Part shown: in pieces, positions 39,763 to 49,402 of the stretch | Position numbering within the stretch: the first letter of the stretch is position 1 | Layout of the letters: every line of letters starts with the position of its first letter | Source: an uncultured delta proteobacterium | GTDB lineage: Bacteria; Myxococcota_A; Polyangia; Polyangiales; JAFGIB01 | Direction: 5' to 3' | DNA length: 64,000 nt | Assembly (NCBI GenBank): GCA_963778655.1 | Contig: CAVZVA010000009.1 | Span: 992,001 to 1,056,000 of the forward strand | Notes under the pieces: generated by a model | What the model was told of the DNA's origin: nothing | The model's input: the letters and a program-made list of their open reading frames with translations, nothing else | The model's database searches: none | Position numbers and translations under genes: made by a program

Positions 39763-40774
39763 TTCCACTTCCCTACCGTCGAGCATGGCTGCCCGACCCT
39801 GCCGCTCGGACACTCCCAACTCTCCTTCGAGTGGCAACAAGTACTGCCAAGAGTTTCCAATGTTGCAGCGTTCCGCGTCCCTGCTCGCGCTCATGCTCGC
39901 TGCCTGCGTGCCGACTAAACACCCTGACCCGACCTCAGATGGCGGCGCGACTTTGATGGACAGCACACGTAAGGTTACGAACGGCGGCGGCGGCACCGGA
40001 GGCGACGCCGCGATCGAGGGCGGACACCTCACCGACGCCGGCGACGCGCAAGTCGACGCCGGCCCGTGCGGGACGTGCCCGGCGGCCAAGCCGGCGTGCG
40101 TCGACAACCAGTGCCAGGAGTGCGGCGGCGACCGGGATTGCACCGGCGCGGCGCGCGCGCACTGCGATACCGACACGCACAGCTGCGTGGCGTGCCTGCA
40201 GCCCAGCGACTGCGGCGCGAGCAAGCCCGAGTGCGACACCGACACGCACAGCTGCGTGCAGTGCCTGACCAGCGCGGCCTGCCAGAGCAGCGGCAAGCCG
40301 CAGTGCGACACGGACACGCACAGCTGCGTGCAGTGCCTCGACAACGGCGACTGCGATGCCGCGAGCCCGCAGTGCAGCACCGGCCACGTCTGCGGCGCCT
40401 GCGACGGCGACGGTGCCTGCAGCGACCGCAGCGACACCCCCCGCTGCGACACCGCGACCGGCTCGAGCACCCGCGGCCAGTGCGTGCAGTGCCTGAGCAG
40501 CGCCGACTGCCAGAGCCCGAGCACCCCGGAGTGCACCAACCGCACCTGCCAGGCCTGCACCAGCGACACCGCCTGCACCGGCCGCACCGGCACCGAAGTC
40601 TGCGAAACCACCGGCACCGCCCCCATGCACGGCCAGTGCGTGGAGTGCACGGCCACCAAACGCACCGCCTGCGCCAGCTCCGCCAACGCTTGCAAAGTCT
40701 CCACCGGCGCCTGCACCAGCACGGCCTACCAGTCGCTGCTCCCCTGCGCGCCGTGCGAGACGGACGGGGAGTGC
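38625..40774 (+). repeat. 742-bp near-identical direct repeat (38625-39366 and 40033-40774), plus a 104-bp block (39475-39578 and 40895-40998)
   Basis: Direct sequence comparison: about six substitutions in the long block. Confidence 0.92.
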
Positions 40775-41197
40775 GTCCAAGGCGCCAAGTGCGTGGTCGA
40801 AGATTTCGACAGCACCCACGCGCTGGGGCCGTATTGCTTCATCGACAGCGCTGTGCAGGGCGGGTGCGTGGACGCGACCCATACGCTCTACCAACGCCCC
40901 TACAGCAACCCCGTGGCCACGACCAGCATCGACGGCGCCAGCTCCACCTACTGCCTACCGCCCCCGACCACGACCTGCGCCGGGATCGCAGACGCGACCG
41001 CGCAGGGCACCTCGGGAGGGAAAACGTGTTCCGTGCCAGACGATTGCGGCGAGTCAGGACTGGCCGACGGGTTGTGCGGTGACGCCACCAGTGGCGCGGC
41101 GGATGGCAAGTGCACGTACACGTGCGACACCAATGCCGACTGCCCATCTAGTGGCTTCACGACGTGCGCCACCAGCGGCACCAAGCTTTGCAAGTGA
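39860..41197 (+). CDS. Cys-rich repeat lipoprotein, paralogue 2
   Basis: MLQRSASLLALMLAAC lipobox; same repeat core as paralogue 1. Confidence 0.85.
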   Translation: MLQRSASLLALMLAACVPTKHPDPTSDGGATLMDSTRKVTNGGGGTGGDAAIEGGHLTDAGDAQVDAGPCGTCPAAKPACVDNQCQECGGDRDCTGAARAHCDTDTHSCVACLQPSDCGASKPECDTDTHSCVQCLTSAACQSSGKPQCDTDTHSCVQCLDNGDCDAASPQCSTGHVCGACDGDGACSDRSDTPRCDTATGSSTRGQCVQCLSSADCQSPSTPECTNRTCQACTSDTACTGRTGTEVCETTGTAPMHGQCVECTATKRTACASSANACKVSTGACTSTAYQSLLPCAPCETDGECVQGAKCVVEDFDSTHALGPYCFIDSAVQGGCVDATHTLYQRPYSNPVATTSIDGASSTYCLPPPTTTCAGIADATAQGTSGGKTCSVPDDCGESGLADGLCGDATSGAADGKCTYTCDTNADCPSSGFTTCATSGTKLCK

Positions 41198-41784
41198 TTC
41201 ACCTGCGGCGAGGCCACGCGCGGCGACCGCCAGGCCGGCGACCGCGTGCTCCGCGCGGGAGTCCCAGAGCGTTGCGAGGTTGATTTGCCTCGCCCTGAAC
41301 GCTGGCGTCCTGCACGGATCGTGTCGGCGAGCGCGTCGGGGTTGGGCCTCGCGCGCAGTGGGCCACGCCAACGTGATCTAGGTGAGATCTAGGCGCGCTG
41401 TGCACTTTCGATCTCGCCAGCGTGACCATCGGCATCGTTTTCTTGATGCTGTTTCGTGACCAGCGTCACGCGCCGGAATGCACCACTGCGCATCGGCAGC
41501 CGCCCCGGCCCGGTCGCGTCCGGCTCAGTGGCGCCCTCGGCTCCGGCGGAGCGCCCATGACGCGACTTGGCCAGTTGGCCGTGTCGCACCGCGTCGCCCT
41601 TGCCGCACCGGCAAATTTGCAGAAATCCACCCACGAGGGATCGAGGGGCCCCGGCTTCGCGTCGCGTTGACCTTCTTGGCGCTCTTGCGCTAGGAGTCGC
41701 GCAATCGACGCAACTGCGCGGGGCCGGCGTTCGATAAGGTCGCAAAGCTCAATCGCTTGAAGGCCGCGAGGCCGGGGAGTCGCC

Positions 41785-43611
41785 ATGTCCTATTGCCTGA
41801 ACGAACCAGGTCGCCTCCGGCCCGGTGCAGCGGTGACTGCGCTCGTGCTCGTGCTTGCTGCCCAGGGCTGGGCCGGTTGTGTGTCGAAGGACTGCCCAGC
41901 GGGGTCCAAGCACGTCCAAGGCCAGTGCGTGGTCTCGCACGGTGACGATGCCGGATCAGGCGGTGGGTCCGGGACGACGGGCGGTCAGGGCGATGCGGGG
42001 GAGCCGGAACGGGACGCGGCCGATCAGGGTGGCGCGGGTGGCCAAGCTCCGCTGGGCGATGCGGGCATGGCACCTTGTGACGGCGGCGCATCAACGGCCT
42101 GCTGGCAAGATGATGACGGCGATGGCTTCGCGCCTTCGGGCGCGCAGCGCCAGATGCAGTGCAGGGCGAGCTGCGACAGCGGCTGGACCGCGACCGAGCC
42201 CACCGGCGATGCGATCGATTGCGACGATGGCGCTGCCGAAACGCACCCGATGCCTTGTTGGCCCGACGCCGATGGTGACGGCTTCGCCAGCGCAGCGATG
42301 GTTGTGCAGTGCGGCGCTTGCGACGCGGGATTCGTCGCCGAAGCCCCAGATGCCATGAGCGCGGACTGCGACGATGGATCCGCGACCGTGTATCCGGGTG
42401 CCGCTGAGGCGTGCGACGGGATCGACAATGACTGTGACGGTGATGTCGACGAGCAGGCGAGCAGCACGTGCAGCGCGGCGCACGCAACCGCCGAGTGCTC
42501 GAGCGAGGGCATGTGCAGCATCGCTACGTGCGACGCCAACTACGCCGATTGCGATGACGATGCGGTCAATGGCTGCGAGAAGTCGCTCGACTCCCCGAAC
42601 GACTGCGGCGCCTGCGGCGCCGTCTGCGACCAACTCGCCACCTGCGACAGCTCCACCTCGACGCCCAGCTGCGTGTGCTCACCGCCCGCCTTCGGCCCAG
42701 GCACCGAATGCGCCGGACTGGGGCCGCTGGCCGCGGGTGGCTACGAGACCTGTGTCATCGGGGCAGACAGTATCGTCCAATGCATCGGGTTGTATCAAGT
42801 GCAGCAGAAATTCTCGACGATCCATCTCCAGCAAATCAGCGGCTCGACCATCGAAATGTGTGGGCTCGACTTTGACGGACTGCTCCACTGCAGCGTCACC
42901 CAGACACCACCCTCGGGCAGTTACCTTCAAGTGGTCGTCGGCAGCTATCACGACTGTGCGCTCAGACCCAACCTGACCGCTACGTGCTGGACTTCCAGCG
43001 GGAACCCGATTCAAAGCCCCTATGACGTAGGCCAGCTCAACGTTCCGACCACGGACACATTTCGCCAGCTCGCCGCCGGGACCTATCACACGTGTGGGAT
43101 TCGGACAGACGGCACGGTTGCATGCTGGGGTGGTGGCAAGACCGCAGGGACCTGCGATTCCTATAACTGCGGCCAATCCCTTCCACCGTCCGGGAAGTTC
43201 ATACAACTCGCCGCGGGTCAGTTGCACACCTGCGGGCTGCGCGAGGACGGCACCGTGGAGTGCTGGGGCGCGGGCCAGACGAATACCGACAAGCAGCCAC
43301 AAGTCGGGCAGTCGCGAGCGCCGATTGATCCCATGACGTGGATCACCGCAGGCGCTTTCCACACCTGCGGAATCCGAAAGGCCGACGGCCAGGTCGAGTG
43401 CTGGGGCGCCGGGGACGGGGTGCACACCACTGACTTGGACCACGGACAATCCACCCCCCCCACCGGCGTGTTCACGCGACTGGCCGCCGGTTTCGACCAC
43501 ACCTGCGGCCTGACCAAGTCGGGCGATGTCCGCTGCTGGGGCGACAACGGATTCATGCAAACACCCGGCGAGCTCGCCGGCCCGTTTCCGCTCATCCCCA
43601 AAGCGCCGTAG
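41785..43611 (+). CDS. Surface lipoprotein with DxDxDG / MopE-like Cys motifs and C-terminal RCC1/BLIP-II-like repeats
   Basis: WAGC lipobox; DCDD..YPGAAEACDGIDNDCDG; repeated AAG.YHTCG.R.DGTV.CWG. Confidence 0.85.
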   Translation: MSYCLNEPGRLRPGAAVTALVLVLAAQGWAGCVSKDCPAGSKHVQGQCVVSHGDDAGSGGGSGTTGGQGDAGEPERDAADQGGAGGQAPLGDAGMAPCDGGASTACWQDDDGDGFAPSGAQRQMQCRASCDSGWTATEPTGDAIDCDDGAAETHPMPCWPDADGDGFASAAMVVQCGACDAGFVAEAPDAMSADCDDGSATVYPGAAEACDGIDNDCDGDVDEQASSTCSAAHATAECSSEGMCSIATCDANYADCDDDAVNGCEKSLDSPNDCGACGAVCDQLATCDSSTSTPSCVCSPPAFGPGTECAGLGPLAAGGYETCVIGADSIVQCIGLYQVQQKFSTIHLQQISGSTIEMCGLDFDGLLHCSVTQTPPSGSYLQVVVGSYHDCALRPNLTATCWTSSGNPIQSPYDVGQLNVPTTDTFRQLAAGTYHTCGIRTDGTVACWGGGKTAGTCDSYNCGQSLPPSGKFIQLAAGQLHTCGLREDGTVECWGAGQTNTDKQPQVGQSRAPIDPMTWITAGAFHTCGIRKADGQVECWGAGDGVHTTDLDHGQSTPPTGVFTRLAAGFDHTCGLTKSGDVRCWGDNGFMQTPGELAGPFPLIPKAP

Positions 43612-43741
43612 AAAGCGCTCCGATGAGCGCATGCTTCGCCTGCGTCGACGTCCGCAATGCGGCCATTTCTTCCTTGTAGCGAGGTCGGGAACACGACCCG
43701 GGTGGCCGGCAGGTAGGCGTGCCATTTCGTGGATTAGACCC

Positions 43742-43774
43742 GTAATTGACAAGTGGTCAATTACTAGTCATATT
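43742..43774 (+). promoter_or_regulatory. Sigma-70-like promoter overlapped by a perfect palindromic operator
   Basis: gtaattgac-aagtg-gtcaattac (43742-43764); TTGACA 43746-43751, 17-bp spacer, CATATT 43769-43774; ATG at 43783. Confidence 0.8.
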
Positions 43775-43782
43775 GGCTCGCG

Positions 43783-44322
43783 ATGGCTCGGCTCGCTCTC
43801 GACGCCAAGCGGATGCGCAGGGCGCTCGCGTTGCTCGATGCGCGCATGCAGCAGCCGGCGCGCTTGGTCGTCGGCGGGGGCGCGGCCATGGTGCTCGCCT
43901 ATGACCATCCGCTCGCGACGCAGGACGTCGACGCCTTCGCGGCTCGCGGCGGGCTGCGGGTGGCCGAGCTCGACGCGCTGGCCAAGCAGGTGGCCGAGCA
44001 GCTCGGGATCGAGCCCGATTGGCTCAACGCGCATTTCGAGACCTTCACCGGGGTTCTGGCCGACGACTACGCCACGCGGCTGCGGTCCGTCTACCGCGGC
44101 CGCCAGCTGCAGGTCGACGCGCTCGGACCGGAGGACTTGCTGGTGATGAAGTGCTTTGCGGGCCGGGACAAGGACCGCCCCCACGCGCGTAAGCTGCTCC
44201 GGCTCGCCGCCGACCTGGGCATCGTCGACCGGCAGCTGGCCCAGTTGGTGAGCCGGCGCTACCCGGGCGCGCAGAAGGCGGCGGACTATTTCGACGACCT
44301 GCGCGACGAGGCCGATCTGTGA
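43783..44322 (+). CDS. Nucleotidyltransferase (DUF6036 / AbiEii-like)
   Basis: VVGGGAAM..ATQDVD pol-beta NTase motif; WLN; DLLVMK..GRDKD. Confidence 0.82.
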   Translation: MARLALDAKRMRRALALLDARMQQPARLVVGGGAAMVLAYDHPLATQDVDAFAARGGLRVAELDALAKQVAEQLGIEPDWLNAHFETFTGVLADDYATRLRSVYRGRQLQVDALGPEDLLVMKCFAGRDKDRPHARKLLRLAADLGIVDRQLAQLVSRRYPGAQKAADYFDDLRDEADL

Positions 44323-45041
44323 AGGGCCTGTTGCGCCACGCGCCCACGGAGGCCGAGCTCGCGCGCCTCTACTACGAGCTGGCCCGCATCGGCGCGCCCT
44401 CGGTCGGTCGCCGCAGCGCGTGGCCATACCGTCCCCGGGGGCGCGAAGCCCTGATCGTGCTCGCGGCGGAGATGCTGCGCTTCGACCCGCGGCTGTTGTC
44501 GATCCTGCTGCAGCTCGTGTTGCTGGGATGGCGCGAGCTCAATCCGCTGGCATTGCGAGCACAGATGCAGAGCATGCGCTGGCCGCAAGCCTTGCTGGTG
44601 GTGCTCGATTTCGCCAAGGCCGCGTCGAGCGATTCCGAGCTGCGCCATTTCTGCGACTACGTGGCGGCCGGCTGGCTGCGAGTCGAGCCAGCCGAGCGCT
44701 TCTTCATCGACGCGGCACGGCCGGGCAGCCGCATGGCCGCGCGCCAGCTGGGGCGCAATCTCGCGCCTTATGCTCGCTGGGGCTTCTCGGGCAGTGAGAA
44801 GCCCACCGCCGATGCCTTCACCAAGCGCACCGTGGGGCGTTACGACGCCGCCACCCGCCGGCGCATCCTCGAGCAACTGCTCGAGCGCGTGCCCGAGATC
44901 ACCCTCGGCAACTATCTCGAAGCGGTCGACCACGCGATCAGCCGGCAGCAGGCCTTGCTCGACCTCAAGACTTGCCCGCGGCTCGCGCTCGAGGGCCACG
45001 GCCGCAGCGCTCGATGGCGCAAGCGCAGGCGGCGCGCGTAG
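44319..45041 (+). CDS. Partner protein with C-terminal winged HTH (putative antitoxin / regulator)
   Basis: GTGA overlap with the NTase; RRRILEQLLERVPEITLGNYL..ISRQQALLDLK..LEGHGRSARW resembles a wHTH. Confidence 0.68.
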   Translation: MKGLLRHAPTEAELARLYYELARIGAPSVGRRSAWPYRPRGREALIVLAAEMLRFDPRLLSILLQLVLLGWRELNPLALRAQMQSMRWPQALLVVLDFAKAASSDSELRHFCDYVAAGWLRVEPAERFFIDAARPGSRMAARQLGRNLAPYARWGFSGSEKPTADAFTKRTVGRYDAATRRRILEQLLERVPEITLGNYLEAVDHAISRQQALLDLKTCPRLALEGHGRSARWRKRRRRA

Positions 45042-45240
45042 GGCGCGGCGCGCGGCCCCGCAGCGTCGCGCGCCAGCTTGCGCCGGGGAGAAGGCGCACC
45101 CAACGAGATCGCCTTTGCCCGAGCGACCGCGGCGACCCCTCGGACGCCGCCAAGCTCGCATCCGCGCCGCCGCGAGGCACCCGGTCCAGGCTGCAGGCAG
45201 AAGCTTGCCTCGGGGGTGCCGGGTCGGGTAACGCTCGGCC

Positions 45241-46236
45241 GTGCATCGCGGCGTGTCTCATCGCTGGTGGACGGCTGTTCGAGCCCTTGGATTCGCGTGC
45301 ACCGCGGGCGCGAGCGGGTTGCTGTTGCTGGCGCTGCTGCTTCCGGCGCCGGCGGCTGCCCAGGATGCGCTGTGGATACCCGAGCCGGCGCAGACTGGAA
45401 CGGCTTGGTACGCGGCGGCGCGTACGGCGCTCGAGGGTGAAGACGTGGTGGTGCGGGAGGGCGACGAAACCGGCGGGGCGTGCGCGCTGCAAAGCTGCGC
45501 GCTCGAACGCGCGAAGCAGCTCGGACTGCAGGTCGCGCTGGCCGTGCAGATCGAGCCGGGCTCCGCGGGCGGCGCGGAGCGCGCGAGCGTGCGCGCCGAA
45601 CGCGTCGACGGCCGCAGCGCACGGGGCGAGGCGACGATCGCGGGCGGGGACGTCGGGGCCGCGCTGCGCGCCGCCTACCGCCAGGCCGAGCTGGGGCTCG
45701 AGCTGGGCGAGCAAGGGCTGCTGCGGGTGGAGAGCACGCCGCAAGCCGCGCTGGTGGCGCTGGACGGCGAGCCGATCGGCAGCGCGCCGCTCGAGCAGCG
45801 GCTGTCGCCGGGCCAGCACCGGCTCGCGTTCTCGCTCGACGGCTTCGCCTCCCAGCAGCGAGAGGTCGAGGTGACACGCGGGCGCGCGACCGATCTGCGC
45901 GTGCAACTGGCGCGGGTCGCCGCTGCGCCCCCACCGGTGCGGCGGGCGCGCTCGGCGCTCAACTACATCGTGGGCGGCGCGCTCTTGCTGGGCGCGGCGC
46001 CGGCCCTGGCGGTCTCGATCTCGACCCTCGCCCTCGACGGTGACTGCGCGGTTGCGCGCGACAGCAGCGGGCACTGCGCGCAGGTGGTGCACTTCGGTGC
46101 GCCGAGCGCGGTGCTGCTCGGCCTCGGCTCGGCGGCGCTGATCGCGGGCGGCTACTTCCTGATCGCCGCGCCGATCAGGGTCGAGGTGCGAGCCGGCCCG
46201 CACGCGCTGCAGGTCGGCGCCCGCGTGCGCTTCTGA
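45241..46236 (+). CDS. PEGA domain protein
   Basis: LRVESTPQAALVALDGEPIGSAP..LSPGQHRL; ends ARVRF. Start uncertain. Confidence 0.8.
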   Translation: MHRGVSHRWWTAVRALGFACTAGASGLLLLALLLPAPAAAQDALWIPEPAQTGTAWYAAARTALEGEDVVVREGDETGGACALQSCALERAKQLGLQVALAVQIEPGSAGGAERASVRAERVDGRSARGEATIAGGDVGAALRAAYRQAELGLELGEQGLLRVESTPQAALVALDGEPIGSAPLEQRLSPGQHRLAFSLDGFASQQREVEVTRGRATDLRVQLARVAAAPPPVRRARSALNYIVGGALLLGAAPALAVSISTLALDGDCAVARDSSGHCAQVVHFGAPSAVLLGLGSAALIAGGYFLIAAPIRVEVRAGPHALQVGARVRF

Positions 46237-46251
46237 AGCCTGAGCGCCGCA

Positions 46252-48672
46252 TCACAAGCGCAACCGCGCGCCGGACCAAGCCCGCACCTGCAAGCCCCGG
46301 CCGTCGGTGTTCACGATCGTGCCGCCGACCTGGTCCAGACGCAGCACGTGCGGCACCACGCGCAGCCGCGCAAGAACTTCGGCGTGCGGGTGGCCGAAGC
46401 GGTTGCCGGCGCCGTCGCTGATGATCGCGAGCCGCGGCGAGACCGCGCGCAAGAACGCGGCGCTGCTGGAGGTGCGCGAGCCGTGGTGGCCGACCTTGAG
46501 CACGTCGGCGTGTAGCTTCGCGTGCTCCGCGAGCAGCACGGACTCCGCGTGCGCTTCGGCATCGCCCGTAAACAGTAAGCTGCGGCGGCCGTAGTCGATG
46601 CGCAGCACGATCGAGTTGTCGTTGGGGTCGTAGCCCGGGTCGTAGCGCGGGCAGGGCGCGAGCACGCGGATGCGTGCAGCGCCGGCCGCGATCGCGCGCC
46701 CGCACAGCTCCGCCGGCCGCCGCACGCGAACACCGAGCGCGCGCGCGTGCTGCAGCAGGCGCGCGGCCTCGCCCGAGGACGCTTGCAGCTCGGCTTCGCC
46801 CTCGGCCTGGCCGTTGTCCCAGAGCTCGCCGATCTCGACCTGACCGAGCAACGCCGCGAGCCCTCCGTAGTGGTCCGGATGCGGATGCGTGAGCACCACG
46901 AGGTCCAGGCGCGCTCTGCGCCGCGCGCGCAGCAGCGGCAGCAGCACGCGGCTGCCGGGGTCCGGACCGCCGCCCGGGTTGCCGCCGGCGTCGATCAGCA
47001 TGGCGCGGCCATCGGGCAGGTCGACCAGCGCGGCATCGCCCTGGCCCACGTCGAGGAAGGTCGCGCGCAGGCTGCCCACCGGTTGCTCCGCGCGCCGCAG
47101 ACGCAGCTCGAGCGCGCCCAGGCCGAGCAGCGCCAGCGCCGCCAGCGCCAGCCGTGCGCGCGCGCTGCGCAGCACCAGCAAGGAGGCCGCGGCGAGCGCG
47201 AGCAACAACCCCTGCCAAACGTCCGGCGGCGGCCAGTCGAGCGGCGGCGCCAGCCGCGCGAACACCTCGCACGCCGCCACGAAGCCGTCGGCCACGAGCA
47301 CCAGCGGCGCCGCGCTGGCCGCGGCGAACGGCGTGAGCGTGCACAGCAGCGCGTGCGCGAACGAGAGCGGCACCAGCACCAGCGCGGCAAGCGGCACCAG
47401 CAGCACGTTGGCCAGCAGCCCGAGCCACGGCACGCGCCCGAAGCACCACAACACGATCGGCGCGGTCGCCAGCGTGGTGCGCGCGCTCAGCGCCAGCGCC
47501 GCGCGCAGCCACGCGCGCAGATCGGATGCGGGCTGCAGACGCCCGCCGAGGATGGCCGCGGTGGCCGCGATCGAGAGCAGAAACGCGGGGCTCGCGGCCT
47601 CGGCGGGTGCGCACGCGCCGAGCAGCAGCGCCGCCAGCGCGGCCAGCGCAGTCGGGTCGGGCCGGTGACCGAGAGCGACCAGGGCGAAACCGAGCGCGGC
47701 GGTGACAGCGGCGCGCCAGGCGCTGGGCGCGCCGCCGGCGAACGCCGCGTACGCGAGCACCAGCGGCACGCCCAGCGCGCAGGCCGCGCGGCGCGCCTCG
47801 AAGCGCAGCGCCAAGGCCTCGCAGCGCAACCACGCGGTCTGCAGCAGGGCGAGCAGCAGCGCGGCCGCGAGCGCCACGTGCAGGCCCGACACCGCCAGCA
47901 CGTGCAGCAGCCCGGCGTCGCGGATGGCGTCGTGGTCTTCGGGGTCGACCGCGCCGGCATCGCCCAGCACCAGCGCGCGCGCGATGCCCGCCACGCGCGC
48001 CGGCAAGCTCGCGTCGAGCGCGGCGCGCACGCGCGCGCGCACGGCTTCGAGCGCGGCGCGCGGCGGCGACAGCGCGAGCACGCGTACCGCGGCCGGGCTG
48101 GCGATCCACGCGCTGCCGCGTAGCGCGAAACGCTGCGGCGGAGGCGGGTGCGGCGTCGGGTTGCGGAACGGCAGTCGCGGCGCGAGCTTGGCCAGCACGC
48201 GCACGCGCGCGCCTTCGGGCAGCGCGACCGGGGCAGCCGACAACAGCGTGCCCGGCGCGATCGGCGCGCCGTCTTCGAGCCGAGCGCCGTGCAGCACCCG
48301 CAGCACCGAGCGCTGCCGTTGCCCGGGGCCCGGGCGGGTTTGCTCGACCCGCCCTTCGAAGCGCGCCATCCCTGCCGGAACCAGTGCGTCCGGCACCGCC
48401 GGCCGCTGGCCCGCGACCAGCCCGCAGCCGAAGCTCGCGGCCGCGAGTAGCGCGAGCAGGGCCGGCGCCGCGCGCGCCGGGCGCTGCCGCGCGACATCGC
48501 GCGCCGGAAGCAGCCCAAAGACCGCCACGAGCAGGGCCACGGCGAGCGCCGCACTGGCCACCGCCGGCGCCCACATGCCTGGAGAAGTTGCGGGTGCGCA
48601 GGTCAGGCCCGAGACCCAGGCGACAGCCAGTGGTACCAGCGGGCTCAGCGCGTGCGGCTCCAAAGGACGCAT
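46252..48672 (-). CDS. comEC: DNA uptake competence protein ComEC/Rec2
   Basis: GLLHVLAVSGLHV, FLDVGQGDA, THPHPDHYGG, NDNSIV, LKVGHHGS, NRFGHP. Confidence 0.95.
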   Translation of the reverse strand: MRPLEPHALSPLVPLAVAWVSGLTCAPATSPGMWAPAVASAALAVALLVAVFGLLPARDVARQRPARAAPALLALLAAASFGCGLVAGQRPAVPDALVPAGMARFEGRVEQTRPGPGQRQRSVLRVLHGARLEDGAPIAPGTLLSAAPVALPEGARVRVLAKLAPRLPFRNPTPHPPPPQRFALRGSAWIASPAAVRVLALSPPRAALEAVRARVRAALDASLPARVAGIARALVLGDAGAVDPEDHDAIRDAGLLHVLAVSGLHVALAAALLLALLQTAWLRCEALALRFEARRAACALGVPLVLAYAAFAGGAPSAWRAAVTAALGFALVALGHRPDPTALAALAALLLGACAPAEAASPAFLLSIAATAAILGGRLQPASDLRAWLRAALALSARTTLATAPIVLWCFGRVPWLGLLANVLLVPLAALVLVPLSFAHALLCTLTPFAAASAAPLVLVADGFVAACEVFARLAPPLDWPPPDVWQGLLLALAAASLLVLRSARARLALAALALLGLGALELRLRRAEQPVGSLRATFLDVGQGDAALVDLPDGRAMLIDAGGNPGGGPDPGSRVLLPLLRARRRARLDLVVLTHPHPDHYGGLAALLGQVEIGELWDNGQAEGEAELQASSGEAARLLQHARALGVRVRRPAELCGRAIAAGAARIRVLAPCPRYDPGYDPNDNSIVLRIDYGRRSLLFTGDAEAHAESVLLAEHAKLHADVLKVGHHGSRTSSSAAFLRAVSPRLAIISDGAGNRFGHPHAEVLARLRVVPHVLRLDQVGGTIVNTDGRGLQVRAWSGARLRL

Positions 48673-48766
48673 CGCCCAAGGCTGGAAGCACGCCGAGTGC
48701 CGCTCCTGCGGCCACGAAAACACAGGGGAATCCAGGCTGGGCGGCGGCGGACCGCCGGCGGGCGTC

Positions 48767-48832
48767 TTGACACCGCCGGGTGACGGTTCTATGAAACCGC
48801 ATAACCAAAACCCTTACGCAAACGTGAGGGTT
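48767..48832 (+). promoter_or_regulatory. Putative promoter (TTGACA-17-TATGAA) followed by a MerR-type dyad operator
   Basis: TTGACA 48767-48772, TATGAA 48790-48795; aacccttacg-caaa-cgtgagggtt 48809-48832 (9/10 dyad). Confidence 0.68.
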
Positions 48833-48850
48833 AGGGTTATTATCAGAATC

Positions 48851-49375
48851 ATGCCGGTCCAACTCCCCGTTCTCAACGCCAGCCCGCCCGCCGACGAGCC
48901 GCTGGTGCGCCGCACGCTGCGGGTCGGCACGCTAGCGCGGCTCTGCGGCAAGACGGTGCGCGCGCTGCACCTGTATGAAGAGCTCGGCTTGCTCGAGCCG
49001 GTGGAGCGCAGCAAGGGCGGCTACCGCCTCTACGACGAGGACGCCGTCACCCGCGTGCGCTGGATCGGCAAGCTGCAGGAGATGGGCTTCTCACTCGGCG
49101 CGATTCAGACCATGGCGCGGCAGTGGGAGCACAGCGGCTCGGCGCCGGGCGCGATGGCCAAGGTCGAGCACCTGCTCAAGCAGAAGCTCGCGGAGACGCG
49201 CGAGCAGATCGCGCGCCTGCAGACGCTCGAGAGCGAGCTGCAGGCCAGCCTCGACTATTTGCGCACCTGCCCCAGCTGCGACCCCAAACAGATCATCGAA
49301 GCCTGCTCGGCCTGTGAGCTCCACGCCGAGCACGAGCACGCGCCGGAGCTGGTCGCCGGCTTCAGCGCGCACTGA
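48851..49375 (+). CDS. MerR-family regulator with C-terminal CxxC-x8-CxxC and His-rich tail
   Basis: VGTLARLCGKTVRALHLYEELGLL..RSKGGYRLY; GFSL; CPSCDPKQIIEACSACELHAEHEH. Confidence 0.92.
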   Translation: MPVQLPVLNASPPADEPLVRRTLRVGTLARLCGKTVRALHLYEELGLLEPVERSKGGYRLYDEDAVTRVRWIGKLQEMGFSLGAIQTMARQWEHSGSAPGAMAKVEHLLKQKLAETREQIARLQTLESELQASLDYLRTCPSCDPKQIIEACSACELHAEHEHAPELVAGFSAH

Positions 49376-49402
49376 GCGCGAGCTCTACACGAGGAACACC
49401 CG

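Noticed and set aside
38625..40998. Duplicated blocks read as a DGR template/variable repeat or a CRISPR array
   Set aside because: No reverse transcriptase or cas genes, the differences are not adenine-specific, and both copies are in-frame coding sequence.
41198..41784. ~590-bp intergenic region with short ORFs and a gatctagg duplication
   Set aside because: No supportable gene or structure; the 8-bp repeat could be chance.
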